Below, one piece after another: positions 49,945 through 58,977 of a stretch of 64,000 nt of DNA (position 1 is its first letter; every line of letters starts with the position of its first letter). This DNA comes from Acidobacteriota bacterium (GTDB lineage Bacteria > Acidobacteriota > UBA4820 > DSQY01). The position numbers and the translations under genes are program-made. The DNA lies in assembly GCA_049967655.1 (NCBI GenBank), contig JBMFSH010000002.1, forward strand, positions 32,001 through 96,000, given 5' to 3'. The notes below the pieces were generated by a model. The model saw only the letters and a list, made by a program, of their open reading frames with translations, was not told the DNA's origin and did not search any database.

Positions 49945-50071
49945 AGAGGGAGACAGAGAGATAAGACCGCCGAGGAAGCCGGCATTTTATCTTTTATCCC
50001 CCCTCATCCGCCCGCGCCACGTTGCCCCGACAACGCTTTGGCGGTACAATGCTTGCACTGGCGGAGGAGCC

Positions 50072-50611
50072 ATGGCTGTAAGGTCCACCCTGACTCGCAT
50101 CGGTCACGCACTCTTCACCCTCGGTCTGTCCCTCGCCCTCGCGGTCCTTTTTTTTCACTTTGTCTTTCAGCCATTCCAGGTCTCGGGGCTGAGCATGAGC
50201 CCCACCTTGAAGGATCAGGATTACCTCCTGGTGGACCGGCTTCTCACGGGCAAAGCCCACCTGCGCCGAGGCGAGATCATGGTCCTGCGGATGCCGCAGG
50301 GAGGCCCTTTCATCGTGAAGCGGCTGGTGGGGCTTCCCGGCGACTCGGTGGAGATTCGCGACGGGGTGATCCGCGTCAACGGCAAGGTCTTTCCCCCCCC
50401 TCCTGGCGGCCGGGTCGGCACCAAGGACTTCGGTCCGTTCAGGGTACCCCAGGGACATCTCTTTTTCTTGGGGGACAACGGGCCCGTTAGCCTGGACAGC
50501 AGACAGCTCGGCGCCATCCCCGTGAAAGACCTGTATGGAAGAGTGGTTCTGCGCTATCTTCCCCTTTCGCGGTGGGGCTTTATCCCAGGGGTTCCCCATG
50601 AAAGCCGGTGA
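50072..50611 (+). CDS. lepB: Signal peptidase I
   Basis: TM helix; SMSPTL, VKRLVGLPGD and GDN...SLDSR motifs; GGAGG SD. Confidence 0.92.
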   Translation: MAVRSTLTRIGHALFTLGLSLALAVLFFHFVFQPFQVSGLSMSPTLKDQDYLLVDRLLTGKAHLRRGEIMVLRMPQGGPFIVKRLVGLPGDSVEIRDGVIRVNGKVFPPPPGGRVGTKDFGPFRVPQGHLFFLGDNGPVSLDSRQLGAIPVKDLYGRVVLRYLPLSRWGFIPGVPHESR

Positions 50612-50650
50612 GCGCTCTTCAAGCACACGCCGTTTGTCGCGAGGCCTCCC

Positions 50651-51769
50651 TTGACCCATGCCGCTCTTCCGCTCCAGGGAAATTTCTCTGAGCTGGGGCT
50701 TCCCGAAATCCTGGACTACCTAAAAACCACCGCCAAGACGGGCGTCCTCCTCGTGCGCAACGGCACCGTCACCAAGACCCTCCACTTCAAGAAGGGCATC
50801 GTGGTCTTTGCCACGTCCAATCTCTCCGAGGAGCGATTCGGGGAGATGCTCCTTCGCGAAGGCAAGATCGGTCGCGACCAGTTCGACGAGGCCAGCCTGC
50901 ACGTCACCCGGGGAAAGCGTCTCGGGAAAATTCTGGTGGAAATGAAGGCGATCGGCCCCAAGGACCTCTGGAACGAGGTGCGCCACCAGGTCCAGGAGAT
51001 CGCCTACAGCATTCTTGCCTGGGACTCGGGCTCCTTCCAATTTTTCGAAGGCGAGGAGAGGACGGGCGAGAACATCACCACGTCGCTGACCGTGCCGGAG
51101 CTCCTCCTGGGCGGTCTGAGGCGCATCCAAGATCGGACTCTCTTCGAGCGCCGCATGCCGACCCTCGATGTGGTCTTCGAGCGTGTTTTGCCAGCGCACC
51201 GTCCGCAGGGCCTCCATTTCGAAGATCACGAGAAGCACGTCTTCAGGCTCGTGGACGGGAAGCGGAGCGTTCAGGAAATCTGCGATCTCAGCGAAATCGG
51301 GGAGTTCGAGACCCTCAGGGCCCTTTACATCTTCTTCACCATCGGATATCTGCACGTCAAGAGCCGCAAGGATCACTTTGCTGAAGAGCAGCGAGAGCTC
51401 CAGGACCTCTCCGCCCTCATCAAGAGCTACAACGAGATGTTTTCCTTCCTCTTCCACTATCTCCTTCGCGAGGTGGGCCCCATCGCCGAGAACATCCTCG
51501 AAAAATACCTCGGTCGGCTAAAGGCGGCGCAGCCCGAAATCTATGCCAGGGTGACCCTTCGGAGCAACGGCGCCCTTTCTGAGGAGCGCCTGATCGAGAA
51601 TCTGAAGCAGATACCACGGGAGCGAGAGGCCCTCCTGGTGCAGGCCCTCAACGAGTACCTCTACTCCGCCCTCCTCGCTATCCGCCGCACGCTGGGCGCG
51701 GAGCACGAGCACCGGGTCTACGAAACCCTCAGGAATACGCGGAGGGACCTCTTCCGTGAGCCGGCCTAA
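50651..51769 (+). CDS. DUF4388 (PatA N-terminal-like) domain protein
   Basis: LQGNFSE..LPE.L....KTG.L; F..G....A.SN; RLGKILV; W..G.F.F motifs. Confidence 0.8.
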   Translation: MTHAALPLQGNFSELGLPEILDYLKTTAKTGVLLVRNGTVTKTLHFKKGIVVFATSNLSEERFGEMLLREGKIGRDQFDEASLHVTRGKRLGKILVEMKAIGPKDLWNEVRHQVQEIAYSILAWDSGSFQFFEGEERTGENITTSLTVPELLLGGLRRIQDRTLFERRMPTLDVVFERVLPAHRPQGLHFEDHEKHVFRLVDGKRSVQEICDLSEIGEFETLRALYIFFTIGYLHVKSRKDHFAEEQRELQDLSALIKSYNEMFSFLFHYLLREVGPIAENILEKYLGRLKAAQPEIYARVTLRSNGALSEERLIENLKQIPREREALLVQALNEYLYSALLAIRRTLGAEHEHRVYETLRNTRRDLFREPA

Positions 51770-52724
51770 TCCCGCTAACACGGCGCTCCCTCCAACGATT
51801 TGGATCGTGGGCCCGACGGCGGCGGGCAAGTCGGACCTCGCCCTTGATGTTGCTCTTCGGTTCGGGGGAGAGGTGGTCTCCTGCGACTCCATGGCCGTCT
51901 ACCGGGGGCTCGACATCGGTACCGACAAACCCTCTTGGGAAGCCCGCCGCCTGGTACCCCACCACCTGATCGACGTGGCCCAACCCGGCTCCTACTTCTC
52001 CGCGGGGGCCTTTCGGAACATGGCGCTGGAGGTCATGGCCGGCATTGCAGCTCGGGGGCACCTCGCCGTGGTCGTGGGGGGAACGGGGCTTTACTACCGC
52101 GCTCTCGCCGAAGGGCTGGCGCCGCTGCCTCCCAGGGACGAGGGGCTGCGGGCACGAATCGCAGGCCGGATCGCCTCCAGGGGGCCCGAACGGGTGCACC
52201 GCCTTCTCGCCCGCCTGGACCCGGCGGCCGCTTCCCGGATCGGCATCCGCGATGTGCTCCGGATCACCAGGGCCCTGGAGGTTCGCATCCTCACCGGCCT
52301 ACCGATCTCGCGCCGATTGAGCGAGAGCCCTTTCGGCTCGGCCCCATCCTTGGGCGGCCTCAAACTTGGTTTGACGGCCCCCAGGGCCTACCTTTACACT
52401 AGGACCGATCGAAGGGTAAGGGCCATGGTGGAGGCGGGCCTTCTGGAGGAAGTCCGGCAGCTCCACTCGTCGGGACAGCTCACGGGGCCGGCCCGAAAGG
52501 CCATAGGTTACGGGGAATTGGCCGAATACCTGGAAGGTTTGATGACCTTAGAGTCGGCTGTGGTTAGGATCCAGCTCAGGTCGAGGCACCTGGTCAAACG
52601 CCAGCTGGCGTGGTTCCGCCGCGAAGACGGCATTATATGGTTTTCCGTGGACAAGGAGGCCTGGAAAAATGATGCAATGGAATTCATCAAAAGATGGCTC
52701 TCGGAAGCCGGCCGTAAACCGTGA
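51756..52724 (+). CDS. miaA: tRNA dimethylallyltransferase
   Basis: GPTAAGKS, DSMAVYRGLDIGT.KP, VGGTGLY, AIGY and KRQ..WF motifs. Confidence 0.96.
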   Translation: MSRPNPANTALPPTIWIVGPTAAGKSDLALDVALRFGGEVVSCDSMAVYRGLDIGTDKPSWEARRLVPHHLIDVAQPGSYFSAGAFRNMALEVMAGIAARGHLAVVVGGTGLYYRALAEGLAPLPPRDEGLRARIAGRIASRGPERVHRLLARLDPAAASRIGIRDVLRITRALEVRILTGLPISRRLSESPFGSAPSLGGLKLGLTAPRAYLYTRTDRRVRAMVEAGLLEEVRQLHSSGQLTGPARKAIGYGELAEYLEGLMTLESAVVRIQLRSRHLVKRQLAWFRREDGIIWFSVDKEAWKNDAMEFIKRWLSEAGRKP

Positions 52725-53028
52725 AGTGAACATCCAGAATCAGATCCTCAACTTCGTCCGGAAGGATCGGGCCCTCATCACCATCTTCCTGGTGAGCGGC
52801 AAGAAGTTCGTGGGTCAGGTCATGGGGTTCGACCGCTACACCATCCACATCCGGGGGCGCGATTACGATCAGATCGTCTTCAAGCACGCCATCACCAACG
52901 TCTCGGTGCCCAGGCACATCATGCATAAAATGCAGGGGACCGAGGGCGAAGGCGATGCATCCCTGGAAGGGGAAATGCCGGTCGAGACCGAAGGCCTGGG
53001 CCCCGGGCCAGAGGATGAGGAGAGCTGA
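52669..53028 (+). CDS. hfq: RNA chaperone Hfq with an acidic C-terminal tail
   Basis: IQ...LN, IFLVSG, FDRY and FKHAI Sm motifs; miaA-hfq synteny; AAGGAGG 9 nt upstream of ATG 52669. Confidence 0.88.
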   Translation: MMQWNSSKDGSRKPAVNREVNIQNQILNFVRKDRALITIFLVSGKKFVGQVMGFDRYTIHIRGRDYDQIVFKHAITNVSVPRHIMHKMQGTEGEGDASLEGEMPVETEGLGPGPEDEES

Positions 53029-53099
53029 AACCCCCACCGCCGCCCCGGGCCGTGCTCGCGGCCCGGGGCGGTGTGAGGGTAGCGCTGCCGGGGGGTGCG

Positions 53100-53765
53100 G
53101 TGATCAACAAGGACCTTCTGCGCAAAGCCAGCCTTTTCGCCGACCTGGATGCCGGGCAGTTGGAGAGCATCCTCAGGGTGGCGGAAATCCGGCGCTTTGC
53201 AAAAAACACCGTCCTTCTCAGGCAAGGTGAGCGGGGCGACGCTCTCTACCTGGTGCTCTCTGGCCGCGTCAAGGCGGTGCTGGTGGCGGAGGACGGCAGG
53301 GAGGTCACCCTGGCCATGCTCGATCCGGGGGAGATGGTCGGGGAGATGGCCGTCTTCGATTCCGAGGAGACGAGGTCGGCCACGGTGATCACCGTGGAGC
53401 CTTCGGAGCTCCTCATCCTTTCGGGCAACCAGTTCAAGCAGGCTCTTCAGGAGAACCCCTCCATCGCCATCGCGGTTATCCGCACCCTCTCCCGCCGCCT
53501 GAAAGAGACCAACAACCGTATCGGGAGCCTGATCTTTCTGGACACCTACAGCCGAGTCACCCGGTACCTGCTGGATCTGGCCAAACGCCAGGGCCGGCAG
53601 CTGGCGGACGGCTCGATGGTGGTGGTGCGGCCCACCCAGCAGGAGGTCGCGCTCTACCTGGGCACCAGCCGTGAGACGGTGAGCCGCGCTCTCACAGACC
53701 TCGAACACCAGGGGCTGATCCGGCTTCTGGGTCGAAAAATCATCCTGTACAGACTCCAGCGCTAA
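53100..53765 (+). CDS. crp: cAMP receptor protein (Crp/Fnr family)
   Basis: cNMP pocket GEM...RSA; C-helix RRLKETN; HTH GTSRETVSR; GTG start inferred. Confidence 0.88.
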   Translation: MINKDLLRKASLFADLDAGQLESILRVAEIRRFAKNTVLLRQGERGDALYLVLSGRVKAVLVAEDGREVTLAMLDPGEMVGEMAVFDSEETRSATVITVEPSELLILSGNQFKQALQENPSIAIAVIRTLSRRLKETNNRIGSLIFLDTYSRVTRYLLDLAKRQGRQLADGSMVVVRPTQQEVALYLGTSRETVSRALTDLEHQGLIRLLGRKIILYRLQR

Positions 53766-53818
53766 TACCCGCGGCCCGTTCACGGCCCTTGCTCTTCTCC
53801 TCTTTCCGCGGGAGGCCT

Positions 53819-53859
53819 TGTGCTGGCCGTCACAGTCCATGCGGATCCTGTGGTACTAT
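53819..53859 (+). promoter_or_regulatory. CRP box plus extended -10 element
   Basis: TGTGC-TGGCCG-TCACA (53819-53834; 9 of 10 to TGTGA-N6-TCACA) and TGgTACTAT (53851-53859). Confidence 0.65.
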
Positions 53860-53881
53860 CGTGTACATCAAGGAGGATCCC

Positions 53882-54988
53882 ATGAAGCTCCGACGGGTCG
53901 GCCGCGTGCTTGCCCTGTGCGGCTTGGTGGTTTTGGCGGCCTTCGCTCAGCGAGGCCCTTACTCCCCTTACAGGGAGAGGCTGCCCAATGGGATGGTGGA
54001 CTGGGACCAGGGCTGGATTCGAGCCGACGCGAGCGTCCCCCTGCGCAAGGGCATTCCTCCCGCCCAGGCGCTCGTGGAGGCCCAGCGGGTGGCCATGATC
54101 AAGGCCCAGGCCACGGCCCTGATGATCGCCATGCGGCTACCGGTCAACAGCGAACGCCGCCTCGAATCGTACGAAGCCCTCAAAATAAGGATCAAAGGCA
54201 TCGTGGCTGGCGGAGAGGTGGTGGACGAGGGAACGTCCGACGGGGTCTACCACATCTCCCTCAAGGTGCCCGTGAACGGAGTCCACGGCATCGTGTCGGC
54301 AGTCTCCATCGTGACCCTGCCGCCGGAGCCCCAGCCCCCGCCGAAAGAGCCCTCAGGCCGCACTGAGGCCAGGGGCAATGAGCCATCCCCCTCCGTGAAG
54401 CCTCCCCAGCAAAAGGAGGAGGCCCAGGCCGGAACCGGCCAGGAGGGGCCCTCCGACCTCTCCTCCTTCGCCTCGGTGACGGTGGACGCCACGGAGGCGG
54501 GCGTAAAGCCCGCCCTCCAGCCCCGCATCATCGACGAAAAGGGTCAGGAGGTGTATGGCCTAAAGACGGTCAAACCGCTGGTCGCCGGCACGAGGACACT
54601 GGCGAGATACGTCACGCCGGCCGTTGATGGCGCTGCCAACCCCTCCCACACCAGCTGGCTGGGGCCGGACCGCGTGGGACCTCTTCCTCTTGCCTTGATC
54701 TCGCCCCCCTGGAGGTTGCTGGCGCAATCGCAAGGAGAGCGCTCCATCGGACCAAGGGGAGCCTTGAACAGCCTAGTGGTGAAAGCCGTCAAGGCCTCGG
54801 GCACGCTCAAGGCGGACATCGTGGTGTCCGAGGAGACGGCCAGAAAGTTGCGGGAGTTGGACGCCCGCACGGGCGCTCTCTCGAACGGGCGGGTGACGGT
54901 CGTGGTCCGTTCGGACGTGGGCGGGGTGGAAAGCCGCCGGCTAAATCCGGAGGCTCAGGGCCCCTACGAACTCCTCGCCAAGAACTGA
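53882..54988 (+). CDS. Secreted LPP20-like protein of unknown function
   Basis: Signal peptide; G.VDW..GWI.A, A...A.R.A and VDA...V.PAL.PRIIDE.G.EVYG; Pro-rich linker; AAGGAGG SD. Confidence 0.65.
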   Translation: MKLRRVGRVLALCGLVVLAAFAQRGPYSPYRERLPNGMVDWDQGWIRADASVPLRKGIPPAQALVEAQRVAMIKAQATALMIAMRLPVNSERRLESYEALKIRIKGIVAGGEVVDEGTSDGVYHISLKVPVNGVHGIVSAVSIVTLPPEPQPPPKEPSGRTEARGNEPSPSVKPPQQKEEAQAGTGQEGPSDLSSFASVTVDATEAGVKPALQPRIIDEKGQEVYGLKTVKPLVAGTRTLARYVTPAVDGAANPSHTSWLGPDRVGPLPLALISPPWRLLAQSQGERSIGPRGALNSLVVKAVKASGTLKADIVVSEETARKLRELDARTGALSNGRVTVVVRSDVGGVESRRLNPEAQGPYELLAKN

Positions 54989-54994
54989 CGAGCC

Positions 54995-56863
54995 ATGCCG
55001 GTCCCCTCGCCCCCATTCCCCGCCAAGGTCTGGCGGGAGCGCCTGACGGTCGCCCTCCTGCTGGCCGTCGTAGTGGCCCTCCCTCTCGCGCTGGGGATCG
55101 CCCGAGGCGGAGAGGGCTGGACGTACGACCTGCTCCTTCGGCTCCAGGTGTGTCCGCCCTCTTCGCGCGTCCTGCTCGCCTGCATCGACGACGCCACCTA
55201 CAGGGACCTCGGAGGCCACGATCCGAACCGGGCCGAGATCGCCCAGGCCGTCGGCACCCTCTGGGCGAGGGGCGCCTCTCTCATCGGACTGGATCTCCTT
55301 TTCTGGCAGCCCAAGGAGCAGGAAGAGGCCGGGAACGAAGCCCTGGAAGCGGCCCTCTCCAAGGCCGACGTAGTCCTCGCCTCGGATCCGGCCCAGGGTT
55401 ATCTTCCCATCGGGCGCTTTCGCAGACAGGCCGTAGGGCTGGGTTCGGTTGATCTCGTCACGGACTCCGACGGCATTCTCCGCAGCCTGCCCGGCCCCTT
55501 CTTTGAGCCTTCGCCGGGAGGCCTCCGAATCAAGGCACTCCCGTTCGCCCTGGCGTGCGCCCTCCTGGAGTGGTTTCCCAATGGAGCACCGCCGGTCAGC
55601 ATGGAGCGCAGCGGAATCTCGTTCGGCCCGCACCTCTTCGCCATGCGGGGCGGACGCTGGTGGATCCCCTACTGCGGCGGTGACGGAACGCTGCCGCGCG
55701 TCTCCTTTATCGATGTGCTGAGGAATTCGCGGACTCTCCCCTCGATGAAGGGCCGCATCGTCCTCGTCGGCAACACCCGGCCGAGCGAGCACGACTACTT
55801 CTCCGTCCCCCTGCCCTCCGCGGTTCCTCCGCAGAGCGGCTTCAACGAGATCTCGACTCACTCCATGTCGGGCGTCGAGGTGCACGGGCAGGCCCTGTCG
55901 GCGCTCCTCTTGGGCCGCTCCATCCTTCCCATCTCCTCAGCCCAGCGGTGGGCCGCCTTCGCGCTCCTCGCCTCCGTGGGAACGCTCCTGGTGCTCCTGC
56001 CGCTGAAGCCTATCCCCTCCCTCGTGGCGTGGCTCTCGGCGGGAGCCGCCCTCGCCGCCACGGGCGTCGCAGCCATCCGATCGGGCCACGTCCTGCCCAT
56101 GTTCAGCCTGGGGCTGGGATGGATCGCCTACGCTGGCGCCTCCTTCGCCTATCAGCGCTACAGCGACTTCCGCCAGAAGCGCGCCGTGGAGCGGCTCTTC
56201 TCCCGATACGTCTCCCCCAACATCGCCAGCAAGCTCCTTCGCCAGCCGGACCTCGTGCAGTTGGGCGGGAGGCGAAAGGAGCTGACCATCCTCTTCTCCG
56301 ATATCAGGGGATTCACCACCCTCTCGGAGCAGATTCCCCCGGAGCAGGTGAGCTCCCTGCTGAACGATTACTTCACCGAGATGACCCGCATCCTGTTCGA
56401 GTACGACGGCACCCTCGACAAGTTCATCGGCGACGCCATCCTGGCCTTTTTCGGAGACCCCGTGAACCAGGAGGACCATTCGGCCCGCGCCCTGGCCTGC
56501 GCCGTGGCCATGCAGGAGCGGGCGGCCTCGCTGAGGGCCCGCTTCCAAGCCGAGGGCAAGCCGCCCCTCCACATGGGCGTGGCGGTCCATACCGGGCCCG
56601 TGGTGGTGGGCAACAACGGTTCGGAGAACAACTTCGTCTATACCGTCATCGGCGACACCGTGAACCTCACCTCGCGCCTCCAAGGGCTGGCCCAGCAGGA
56701 CGACGTCATCGTGACCGCTTCCACGGCGGAACGGATTCCCGGTTTCAATGAGCGCTACGAGAACGAGAGGCTCGATCCCGTCCGGGTCAAGGGAAAGGCT
56801 GAACCCATCGAGATCGTACGTGTGAAGGGACTCAAGAACGAGGAGGCTTCCCATGAACACTAA
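54995..56863 (+). CDS. CHASE2-domain membrane adenylate cyclase (class III)
   Basis: IDD..Y, IGLDLLF, DSDGILR and GVEVH (CHASE2), 3 TM helices; FSDIRGFT, DKFIGDA and YTVIGDTVNLTSRLQ catalytic domain. Confidence 0.93.
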   Translation: MPVPSPPFPAKVWRERLTVALLLAVVVALPLALGIARGGEGWTYDLLLRLQVCPPSSRVLLACIDDATYRDLGGHDPNRAEIAQAVGTLWARGASLIGLDLLFWQPKEQEEAGNEALEAALSKADVVLASDPAQGYLPIGRFRRQAVGLGSVDLVTDSDGILRSLPGPFFEPSPGGLRIKALPFALACALLEWFPNGAPPVSMERSGISFGPHLFAMRGGRWWIPYCGGDGTLPRVSFIDVLRNSRTLPSMKGRIVLVGNTRPSEHDYFSVPLPSAVPPQSGFNEISTHSMSGVEVHGQALSALLLGRSILPISSAQRWAAFALLASVGTLLVLLPLKPIPSLVAWLSAGAALAATGVAAIRSGHVLPMFSLGLGWIAYAGASFAYQRYSDFRQKRAVERLFSRYVSPNIASKLLRQPDLVQLGGRRKELTILFSDIRGFTTLSEQIPPEQVSSLLNDYFTEMTRILFEYDGTLDKFIGDAILAFFGDPVNQEDHSARALACAVAMQERAASLRARFQAEGKPPLHMGVAVHTGPVVVGNNGSENNFVYTVIGDTVNLTSRLQGLAQQDDVIVTASTAERIPGFNERYENERLDPVRVKGKAEPIEIVRVKGLKNEEASHEH

Positions 56864-57932
56864 ATCGCTGGCCCTCTGCGCACTCCTGGGAGTGGCGACG
56901 GCTCTGGGCGTCCACGCGCAGCAGACCGTTACGGCCACCGGCACCGCCGCGATCCTGAACAAGGACGCCGCGCAGGCGCGGGACAGGGCCGTGGAAAGCG
57001 CCCTTCGCGCGGCAGTCGAGCGCGTGGTGGGCACGATGGTGGATTCGGAGAGTCTGGTCAAGAACAACGACCTGATCTCCGACAAGATCTACACCCAGAC
57101 GAAGGGCTACATCTCCAACTACACCATCCTCTCCGAAACGCCGGACCTGGAGGACAACATCTACTCGGTGAAGGTGGAGGCCACGGTAAAGGAGGGCGAC
57201 CTCGCCGATGACCTGAACTCCCTGGGCGTCCTCATGCACCGGATGAACATGCCCCGGGTGGCCGTGGCCCTGCGGGAGCAGGACAGCACCGCCTCCGACC
57301 AGATCCTCAGGATGCTCAAGGACAAAGGATTCCTGGTGGTGGATACGGGGGAGAGCGCCAGGTCCCAGGGGTTCTGGGGAATGCCCGAGGGCCAGCAGGC
57401 CGATCTCATGAAGAAGTACGGCGCCGAGGTCGTGGTGCTGGGCAGCGCCAGCGGGCAGGCCGGCTCTAACGTGGGCCGCTCCAGCCTCATTTCCTACCAG
57501 GCCAACGTGAGTCTCAAGGCCCTCAAGACCGATACCCACGAACTGCTGGGCACGGCCTCCGGCAGCGGCACCGCCGTGAACGTGGGCGACGCGGGCCTGG
57601 CCCAGGCCCTTCGGCAGGCCTCCACGGTCGCCGGCAACGACCTGATCAGACAGATCACCAACCAGTGGGCCAAGGAGGCCTCCTCGACGCGCATGCTGAC
57701 GCTGGTGCTCCGCGGGGTGACGCCGGCCCGAGCCGAAGAGGTGGCCCGGCGCCTTCGCGAGGAGGGGCGGGGGATCCAGGACGTCATCGTCAGGGAATCC
57801 TCCGGACAGGAGGCCACCCTGGACGTCTCCATGCAGGGCGACGCGGCGGCCCTCGCGCAGGAGCTCACCAAGGTGTTCCCCAAGGCCAGGATCCTCTCCC
57901 AGACCGCCAACCGTTTGACAGCCTCACTGTGA
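56853..57932 (+). CDS. Secreted FlgT N-terminal-like domain protein
   Basis: Signal peptide; V.ATG.A.I....A.ARD.A...ALR.AVE...G..V.S. Confidence 0.65.
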   Translation: MNTKSLALCALLGVATALGVHAQQTVTATGTAAILNKDAAQARDRAVESALRAAVERVVGTMVDSESLVKNNDLISDKIYTQTKGYISNYTILSETPDLEDNIYSVKVEATVKEGDLADDLNSLGVLMHRMNMPRVAVALREQDSTASDQILRMLKDKGFLVVDTGESARSQGFWGMPEGQQADLMKKYGAEVVVLGSASGQAGSNVGRSSLISYQANVSLKALKTDTHELLGTASGSGTAVNVGDAGLAQALRQASTVAGNDLIRQITNQWAKEASSTRMLTLVLRGVTPARAEEVARRLREEGRGIQDVIVRESSGQEATLDVSMQGDAAALAQELTKVFPKARILSQTANRLTASL

Positions 57933-57966
57933 GGTCGGTATGCTCGAACCCAAGGAGGAAAGAACC

Positions 57967-58854
57967 ATGAGGCGCACGCTCCTTTTCGTGGTGTTGTTCC
58001 TCTCGATGGCCGCAGCGGCCGTGAGCACCTTCGCCCAAAAGCCCCGCATCGCGGTTCTGAAGATCCGCAACGATTCCGCGTACGGCTCGGCCCGCCTTGG
58101 GCCCGCCATCCAGGACTGGCTCGTGGAGGGCCTCGTCCAGTCAGGCCAATTCCACGTGGTGGAGAGAAAGGAGCTCGAATCCATTCTGAACGAGCAGGGC
58201 CTATCCCTCAGCGGCGCGGTGGACGATAAGACGGCCATCCAGGTAGGGAAGCTGCTGGGATGCCAGCTCGTGGTGCTCGGGGCCGTCACGGACTTCTCCA
58301 GGCACCAATCGGGGGGCCACGGCGTCTGGGGCATCGGCTTCAGCGTGGTCGTCACGAAGGCCGAGGGCACCGTCAACATCAGGTTGGTCAACACGACGAC
58401 GGGCGAAATCGTATGGACGGGCTCGGAGAAGGGCGAGCACTCCTTCAGCAACGTGGACGTGGCTGGCTTCGGCGGCGGCGTGGATTGGGACGAGTCCCAG
58501 GCGCGTCAGATTTTCGAGCCGGCGGTGACCGCCCTCGTCCAGAAGATCGTCAGTGCGGCGGGGAACATCAAGGAGAGCCTGGGCTCCGTGGCGGTCCTCT
58601 CGGGCAAGGTGGCCAAGGTCGACGAGGGCCGGGTCTACCTGAACATCGGGAGCGTGGACGGCGTCAAGGAGGGCGACCAGTACACCCTGTACCACGTGGG
58701 TGAGACCATCACCGACCCCGACACGGGCAAGGTCCTCGGCCAGGAGAAATCCCGCATCGGCACGGTGAGCGTGACCAAGGTGCTGGGCGATCACCTCTCC
58801 ATGGCCGTGGCCAACGGCGGCCCCGTGCAAGTGGGAGACGTGGTCCAGAAATAG
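57967..58854 (+). CDS. Secreted CsgG/HfaB-family protein with a FlgT C-terminal-like domain
   Basis: KPRIAV, SG.F.VVER.EL..IL.EQ.L, GKLLG and RLVN.TTGEI; C-terminal GKV..V....VYLNIGS.DGVK.GD. Confidence 0.8.
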   Translation: MRRTLLFVVLFLSMAAAAVSTFAQKPRIAVLKIRNDSAYGSARLGPAIQDWLVEGLVQSGQFHVVERKELESILNEQGLSLSGAVDDKTAIQVGKLLGCQLVVLGAVTDFSRHQSGGHGVWGIGFSVVVTKAEGTVNIRLVNTTTGEIVWTGSEKGEHSFSNVDVAGFGGGVDWDESQARQIFEPAVTALVQKIVSAAGNIKESLGSVAVLSGKVAKVDEGRVYLNIGSVDGVKEGDQYTLYHVGETITDPDTGKVLGQEKSRIGTVSVTKVLGDHLSMAVANGGPVQVGDVVQK

Positions 58855-58977
58855 AAGGAACGGAATGCTTCCACCGCCTTGGACAGAAATCGTACCGGAT
58901 TGCGGGGGAAGGGACACCACGAAGGCGCCCCTTCCCCCGAGAATTGATCGCCCGGCCTCATTCCAGCTGGAGTTCCC

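Noticed and set aside
49726..58854. Prophage or large genomic island integrated at tRNA-Lys
   Set aside because: The att-like repeat closes after only 188 bp, downstream genes are housekeeping, and no integrase or phage genes are present.
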